Assembly (NCBI RefSeq): GCF_051201565.1
Contig: NZ_CP179200.1
Location: 360,001 to 392,000 of the forward strand
From: Pseudothioglobus sp. nBUS_23
GTDB lineage: Bacteria; Pseudomonadota; Gammaproteobacteria; PS1; Pseudothioglobaceae
Direction: 5' to 3'
Length of the DNA stretch: 32,000 nucleotides
Position numbers and translations under genes: made by a program. Shown here piece by piece: positions 27,286 to 32,000 of the stretch. Under the pieces are notes generated by a model. It was not told the DNA's origin. It worked only from the letters and a program-made list of their open reading frames with translations, and made no database searches. The number at the start of each line of letters is the position of its first letter. Positions within the stretch are counted from its first letter, which is position 1.

Positions 27286-28377
27286 ATGGATATCGATTTT
27301 GCTAATCTTCAAAGGCAGTATCAGGAATATAAAGATGATATTAATTTTAGAATTCAGAAGGTATTAAATAACTCAAATTATATTTTAGGTTCTGAAGTTT
27401 ATGATCTCGAAAAAGCTTTAGGAGATTTTACTGGAGCTAAGTATGCATTGTCTTGCTCTTCAGGGACTGATTCACTGTTACTTTCAATGCTTTCAATTGA
27501 TTTAAAACCTGGGGATGAAGTCATTACTTCACCATTTACATTTATATCAACAGCTGAAGCAATTTCTAGACTTAATGCTAAACCAGTCTTTGTAGATATT
27601 GAAAAAGATACTTTTAATATAGATTCAAATAAAATTGAATCAGCAATAACATCAAAAACTAAAGCTATAATTCCTGTTAGTCTTTTTGGACAGCCTGCAG
27701 ATTTAAATGTTATTGAATTAATAGCGAATAAATATAATCTAAAAGTAATTGTTGATGGTGCACAGAGTTTTGGTTCGACTTTAAATAAAATAACTGATAG
27801 TAATTTGGGAGATTTATCTATAACCAGTTTTTTTCCAGCTAAGCCATTAGGTTGTTATGGAGATGGTGGGGCTATTTTTACAAATAATGTTGATTACTTT
27901 GAAAAAATAAAAATGTTAAGAGTTCATGGTCAAAATCAGAAATATAGGCACAAATACATAGGAATTGGAGGGCGATTAGATACAATACAAGCGTCAATAT
28001 TATTGGCAAAAATTCCTTTTTTTGATCAAGAGCTTGTTGAGCGTTCATATGTAGCTGAGATTTATTCCAAATCACTTTATAAATACTTTTCGATCCCAGT
28101 TATAAGTTCTGATAGAACCAGTTCTTGGGCACAGTACACTATAAGAACAGAAAATAGAGACCATATAAAACAAAAACTCAAAGAAAAGGGTATTCCAACT
28201 GCAATCTATTATCCTACTCCGCTCCATTTGCAGGAATGCTATAAGGATTTAAGATACAAAATCGGTGATTTTCCAGAAGCAGAGTTGGCTTCAAAAGAAG
28301 TATTAAGTCTTCCAATAAATGCTTTCATGCGCAATGAGATTGAATATATTGTTTCAAATCTCATAGATCTTGCTTAA
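27286..28377 (+). CDS. wlbC: DegT-family aminotransferase: UDP-2-acetamido-2-deoxy-3-oxo-glucuronate aminotransferase (WlbC/WbpE type)
   Basis: FANLQRQYQEYKDDI, ILGSEVYDLEKAL, SSGTDSLLLS, GDEVITSPFTFISTAEAI, DGAQSFGS, and the PLP-lysine context SFFPAKPLGCYGDGGAIFT. Confidence 0.9.
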   Translation: MDIDFANLQRQYQEYKDDINFRIQKVLNNSNYILGSEVYDLEKALGDFTGAKYALSCSSGTDSLLLSMLSIDLKPGDEVITSPFTFISTAEAISRLNAKPVFVDIEKDTFNIDSNKIESAITSKTKAIIPVSLFGQPADLNVIELIANKYNLKVIVDGAQSFGSTLNKITDSNLGDLSITSFFPAKPLGCYGDGGAIFTNNVDYFEKIKMLRVHGQNQKYRHKYIGIGGRLDTIQASILLAKIPFFDQELVERSYVAEIYSKSLYKYFSIPVISSDRTSSWAQYTIRTENRDHIKQKLKEKGIPTAIYYPTPLHLQECYKDLRYKIGDFPEAELASKEVLSLPINAFMRNEIEYIVSNLIDLA

Positions 28378-29528
28378 TGAAAATATTAATTTTTCCAAAT
28401 GATCCCTTAATTGCTTATGTCAAGAAAGGTGAGCTCAAAGATCGATACTTTAATCCAAATAATATTTTTAACGAAGTTCATTTCATTACCTTCTGTGATG
28501 ATGAGTGTTCAGTTAAGGAAATTCAAAGAACAATTGGTGAGGCAAAAGGCATTATTCATAACCTTCCATCAATTTCTATATTAGATATGTTTTTTCCTAA
28601 AAGGAGATTTTCAGAAATTAAAAAAATTGCTGAAAAAATAGATATTGATATTGTTAGATCATATAACCCAATTTACCAAGGTTTTTTCGCAGGATTTATT
28701 TCTAAAATTCTTAAAGTTCCATTTCTAATTTCAATACATACAAATTATGATTTCGATATAAGGGGGCAGTATAAAGCTAATAAAGATAAAAGATATTTGA
28801 AATACTTACTTAGTAAATATACTGTTGAGCCCAGAACCCTTAAAATGGCTTCGCATGTTATTGGAGCTTATAATTTTGCTGGCGATTATGCTAAAAATAG
28901 TGGAGTAGATTCGAGTAAATTATCAATCATTTATAATAGAGTTTACTTAGATAAATTTAAACCAAATCAAAACATAAAAAAATCTGAGAATATTCGTGTC
29001 ATTTGTGTTGGAAATTTAATTGAAGGTAAGGGTCAAAGGGTTTTGTTAAGTGCAATGAAAAATTTACCTAAAAATATTTCAATGACTTTTATTGGTGATG
29101 GTGAAGATTATGATTTATTATTGAAAATGGCCTATGATTCTAAATTAAATGAAAGGGTATCATTTATTAAGTCAATTCCAAACGAGGAGCTTGCTGAAGT
29201 TTACAGACAGCATGATATTTTTGCACTTCCTATTAAGTTTGGCGGTGTATGTATTCCTGCGCTAGAAGCTACTGCAAGTGGCTTAGCATTAGTTATGCCA
29301 AAACTTGTTAGCGGCTCCCCTGAAATTGTAGGTAAATATGCAGAATTAGTAGAAAATAGTGTTGAGGGCTTTTCATTTGGAATTCAGAAACTTGCAGAGG
29401 ATTTAATATATAGAAAAAATTTAATTTCAAAGGGGCTGAAAGTGATTAGAAAATATAGTGGAGATATTATGGAAAAAAAAGAGTCTGATCTCTATTTAAA
29501 ATTAGTAAATAAAAATGAAAATAAATGA
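28377..29528 (+). CDS. GT4 (group 1) glycosyltransferase
   Basis: VGNLIEGKGQRVLL ... FALPIKFGGVCIPALEATASGLALVMPK (degenerate E-x7-E region). The ATG shares one nt with the wlbC stop codon. Confidence 0.65.
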   Translation: MKILIFPNDPLIAYVKKGELKDRYFNPNNIFNEVHFITFCDDECSVKEIQRTIGEAKGIIHNLPSISILDMFFPKRRFSEIKKIAEKIDIDIVRSYNPIYQGFFAGFISKILKVPFLISIHTNYDFDIRGQYKANKDKRYLKYLLSKYTVEPRTLKMASHVIGAYNFAGDYAKNSGVDSSKLSIIYNRVYLDKFKPNQNIKKSENIRVICVGNLIEGKGQRVLLSAMKNLPKNISMTFIGDGEDYDLLLKMAYDSKLNERVSFIKSIPNEELAEVYRQHDIFALPIKFGGVCIPALEATASGLALVMPKLVSGSPEIVGKYAELVENSVEGFSFGIQKLAEDLIYRKNLISKGLKVIRKYSGDIMEKKESDLYLKLVNKNENK

Positions 29529-30408
29529 TGCGCTTGCTAATCCATTTTATTCAGTAAGTTTTGTTTTAGGAAATACGGTTCCAGGTTTTTTTAGGAAGAG
29601 GTATATTAATCAATCTAAAAAATTTGGAATTAAGGGAAAATATTTTATTCTTTCTTTTGACTGTGATACTGAAAAAGATATTGAGGTTGTGGGAGAGGTT
29701 CATCAGCGCCTTAAAAGTTTAAATATAATGCCATCTTATGCGGTCCCAGGAGAACTGCTTAAGAAAGGCGCTTCTGAATATAGCAAGTTAAAAAATGATG
29801 GCGCAGAGTTTATTAATCATGGGTACCTTTCACATACATCGTATGTATCATCAAGTAAATCATACATCAGCACCTTATTTTATGACAAGTTGAGTAATGC
29901 TGAGGTTAAGAATGATATTGAAAAGGCACATAATAATTTTTTTGATATTTTTGGGGAAAGCCCGTTAGGTTTTAGGACGCCCCATTTTGGGACATACCAA
30001 AAATCAAGTCAGCTTCGTTTTTTATATGAAGTTTTAAAAAAACTAAATTATTCTTTTTCAAGCTCAACAACCCCAGTAACTGGAATGTGGAATGGTGCAA
30101 TTCAAAGAATGCCTACAGGTATACTTGAACTCCCGGTTAGTGGTTGCTATGACTATCCTGCAAGAATACTTGACTCTTGGGGATTTAGATTCTCACCAAC
30201 TCGTAAACTAAATGAGAATGACTATATTGAACAATTTAAAAAAATGATGATGTTTTTTAGAGATCCTAAAGTGAATGGTGTGTTTAATATTTATGCTGAT
30301 CCTTCTCAAGTTTACGATTGGAATATATTTTTTGAGTGTGTGAGCATGACTAACGAATTAACAAATACTTCTTTTTCAGAGCTAGTGAAGAAATATGAGC
30401 ATTGCTAA
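29515..30408 (+). CDS. Polysaccharide deacetylase (carbohydrate esterase family 4-like)
   Basis: ILSFDCDTEKD (Asp-Asp motif region), INHGYLSH (His pair), FRTPHFG (RxPxx motif). Confidence 0.55.
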   Translation: MKINDALANPFYSVSFVLGNTVPGFFRKRYINQSKKFGIKGKYFILSFDCDTEKDIEVVGEVHQRLKSLNIMPSYAVPGELLKKGASEYSKLKNDGAEFINHGYLSHTSYVSSSKSYISTLFYDKLSNAEVKNDIEKAHNNFFDIFGESPLGFRTPHFGTYQKSSQLRFLYEVLKKLNYSFSSSTTPVTGMWNGAIQRMPTGILELPVSGCYDYPARILDSWGFRFSPTRKLNENDYIEQFKKMMMFFRDPKVNGVFNIYADPSQVYDWNIFFECVSMTNELTNTSFSELVKKYEHC

Positions 30409-31330
30409 AGTTTTAATAACTGGCGGGGCTGGCTTTGTAGGAACCAATCTTGCCAATAACTTAATAAATGAAAATTATGAAGTTATTATTATTGATGACC
30501 TTTCATCAAGTTATAGGGGGTCAATTAATCCTAAGGCTATATTTGTCGAGGGAAGTGTAGTTGATGATGTTGCTCTCACTGAGTGCTTTTCCTATAATCC
30601 AGATTATGTAGTCCATTTGGCAGCATTATTTGCTAACCAAAATTCTGTTGATCATCCAGATAGTGATCTAATGGTTAATGGGATGGGTACTTTAAAAGTT
30701 TTAGATTTTAGTAAAAGAGCTTGTGTTAAAAAAGTTGTTTATGCATCTTCATCATGTGTTTATGGCAATAAAGATATAATGAAAGAGGGTGATATAGAAT
30801 TTCACCCTGATACCCCATATGCCATAACAAAATTACTTGGTGAATATTATTCTAAATTTTGGTCAAGTCAATACGATCTTGATATCGCAATCGTTCGTTT
30901 ATTTAATGTATATGGCCCAGGAGATTTCCCTGGTGAGTATAGAAGTGTAATACCTAACTTTATTAAGCTTGCAACAAATAATAAGCCTTTAACCATTACA
31001 GGAAGTGGGAACGAGACTAGAGATTTTTGCTTTATTGATGATACTGTTGATGGAATCTGTTTGATCTTATTCAACAAGACTGAATCAAGTGCTATATTTA
31101 ATATTGCAACAGGAATCGGCTCATCAATTATTGAAGTAGCCAACTATATCAATTTATATTGTAATAATAAAGCAGGAATTCAATTTAATGAGAGAAGAGA
31201 TTGGGATTGTGTTATTGATAGGAGAGCAGATATAACTAAATTAAAAAACAGCTTTGGTTTCAGACCCAAAACTAGAATTAAAGATGGTATAAAAATAACA
31301 TGTGACTGGTTAGTTGATTTAAATAAATAG
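30395..31330 (+). CDS. NAD-dependent nucleotide-sugar epimerase/dehydratase (extended SDR)
   Basis: VLITGGAGFVGTNLANNLI; SSSCVYG; TPYAITKLLGEYY (YxxxK). Confidence 0.8.
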   Translation: MSIAKVLITGGAGFVGTNLANNLINENYEVIIIDDLSSSYRGSINPKAIFVEGSVVDDVALTECFSYNPDYVVHLAALFANQNSVDHPDSDLMVNGMGTLKVLDFSKRACVKKVVYASSSCVYGNKDIMKEGDIEFHPDTPYAITKLLGEYYSKFWSSQYDLDIAIVRLFNVYGPGDFPGEYRSVIPNFIKLATNNKPLTITGSGNETRDFCFIDDTVDGICLILFNKTESSAIFNIATGIGSSIIEVANYINLYCNNKAGIQFNERRDWDCVIDRRADITKLKNSFGFRPKTRIKDGIKITCDWLVDLNK

Positions 31331-31334
31331 CTTT

Positions 31335-32000
31335 ATGAGTACTGAGCCTCTAAACAAAAAAATATTATTGCTAACTTATGCTTTTCCTCCACTTCAATCT
31401 TCTGAGTCCTTTCTAAGTATTAAAGCCCTAGCAAAAATAGAAAATATAGATATAGATATTCTTACTATTGATGCTAGGAAAATTGGATATGATTTGGATA
31501 GTTCTCTTGATACTTATACGAATAAGTATTTTGGAGAGATTTATCGAGTAAGTCCCTCTAGATTTATCTCCACAAAACTATTTAAATTCCTACGATATGT
31601 TCCAAGTTTTCCAGATAGATTTAGATTTTTTAATAGCAGATTGTTAAAAAAAGCTAATGAGATAGGCATTGAGAATTATGATTCAATTTTATCTTGGTCC
31701 ACATGGCATTCTATTCATCTAGTAGCAGCATCAATTAAAAAAAGACATCCATCAATTCGATGGGTGGCCCATTTAAGTGATCCTTGGGCTGATAATCCAT
31801 TTCTTACAAGATTTTTTGGATACAAAGCTTCTCAATATTTTTTGGAAAAAAAAGCACTTTCTTCTGCAGATGCTATTAACTTTACAACTAATAGCATTAG
31901 GTTGTTAGTAATGAAAAAATATCCTAAATCATGGATCAATAAAACATTCGTAACACCTCATTCATTTGATAATTCACTATACCCACGAAACGTGAGTCCC
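31335..32000 (+). CDS. Probable GT4-like glycosyltransferase, N-terminal 222 codons (open at the window end)
   Basis: My own translation from the ATG at 31335: MSTEPLNKKILLLTYAFPPLQSSESFLSIKALAKIENIDIDILT...RWVAHLSDPWADNPF... with no stop to position 32000. The N-terminal KILLLTYAFPP and HLSDPW patterns resemble Glyco_trans_4-type N-domains. Confidence 0.45.
   Translation, partial: MSTEPLNKKILLLTYAFPPLQSSESFLSIKALAKIENIDIDILTIDARKIGYDLDSSLDTYTNKYFGEIYRVSPSRFISTKLFKFLRYVPSFPDRFRFFNSRLLKKANEIGIENYDSILSWSTWHSIHLVAASIKKRHPSIRWVAHLSDPWADNPFLTRFFGYKASQYFLEKKALSSADAINFTTNSIRLLVMKKYPKSWINKTFVTPHSFDNSLYPRNVSP

Larger units (their letters stand above)
457..32000 (+). other. Co-directional surface-polysaccharide (O-antigen/capsule-type) biosynthesis gene cluster, open at the 3' window edge
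   Basis: 31 consecutive plus-strand CDSs encode nucleotide-sugar enzymes, glycosyltransferases, a Wzx flippase and an ABC exporter. Only four inter-CDS gaps exceed 50 bp (252-456, 1726-1782, 7226-7277, 13279-13360). Confidence 0.85.

Noticed and set aside
453-31143. Thirteen minus-strand ORFs in the supplied track (453-722, 2529-2828, 4231-4461, 7024-7266, 10732-11094, 11973-12239, 16812-17060, 18364-18567, 20071-20277, 21966-22223, 26961-27263, 27878-28075, 30868-31143)
   Set aside because: Each lies almost entirely (2529-2828, 7024-7266 and 16812-17060 run a few nt into the adjacent gap or CDS) antisense to a plus-strand CDS that has clear family motifs. Their translations are low-complexity with no recognisable motifs. 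Long antisense ORFs are expected by chance opposite AT-rich coding sequence.
1-32000. Search for tRNA, rRNA, CRISPR arrays, integrase or transposase genes, inverted terminal repeats and clear rho-independent terminators
   Set aside because: None was recognised. The few non-coding gaps (1726-1782, 7226-7277, 13279-13360, 24539-24574, 25628-25655) contain no convincing GC-rich stem followed by a T-tract. A weak CTAA/TTAG stem near 7226-7250 and an AACC/GGTT stem near 25620-25645 are too short to call.

Overview
This AT-rich window (roughly 30% G+C by eye, not computed) is almost entirely one co-directional, tightly packed gene cluster for a cell-surface polysaccharide of O-antigen or capsule type.

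Layout: a partial, divergently transcribed SDR epimerase gene sits at 1-251 on the minus strand. A 205-bp intergenic region follows. Then 31 plus-strand CDSs run from 457 to the window end, many with 1-17 nt start/stop overlaps.

Recognisable content:
(a) GDP-mannose to GDP-L-fucose (gmd, fcl) plus a GT11 alpha-1,2-fucosyltransferase.
(b) A probable GDP-linked amino-deoxy-sugar branch: RmlC-like epimerase, small cupin, methyltransferase and DegT aminotransferase.
(c) All five enzyme types of the UDP-2,3-diacetamido-2,3-dideoxy-mannuronate route (WbpA/B/E/D/I = WlbA-D), split over three places.
(d) A Wzx flippase, at least six further glycosyltransferases, a second divergent GMD paralog, a CE4 deacetylase, and a polytopic membrane protein carrying an in-frame 30-bp tandem repeat.
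(e) An 8.6-kb block (17039-25627) with weak or unusual family signatures. It holds a CDP-alcohol phosphotransferase with an N-terminal extension, a LicC-like cytidylyltransferase, an MsbA-type ABC exporter, a 680-aa kinase-like/NTase-like/P-loop fusion protein, a divergent DegT-like protein, a methyltransferase and a FemAB-like protein. I consider this block the most likely place for undescribed biochemistry.

I recognised no rRNA, tRNA, CRISPR, integrase or transposase. The composition, scarcity of Shine-Dalgarno sequences and gene packing fit a streamlined marine bacterium such as high-light Prochlorococcus or a SAR11-like organism, but I cannot establish the organism without a database search. 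All functional calls rest on motifs I recognise in the translations; no alignments or HMM searches were run.
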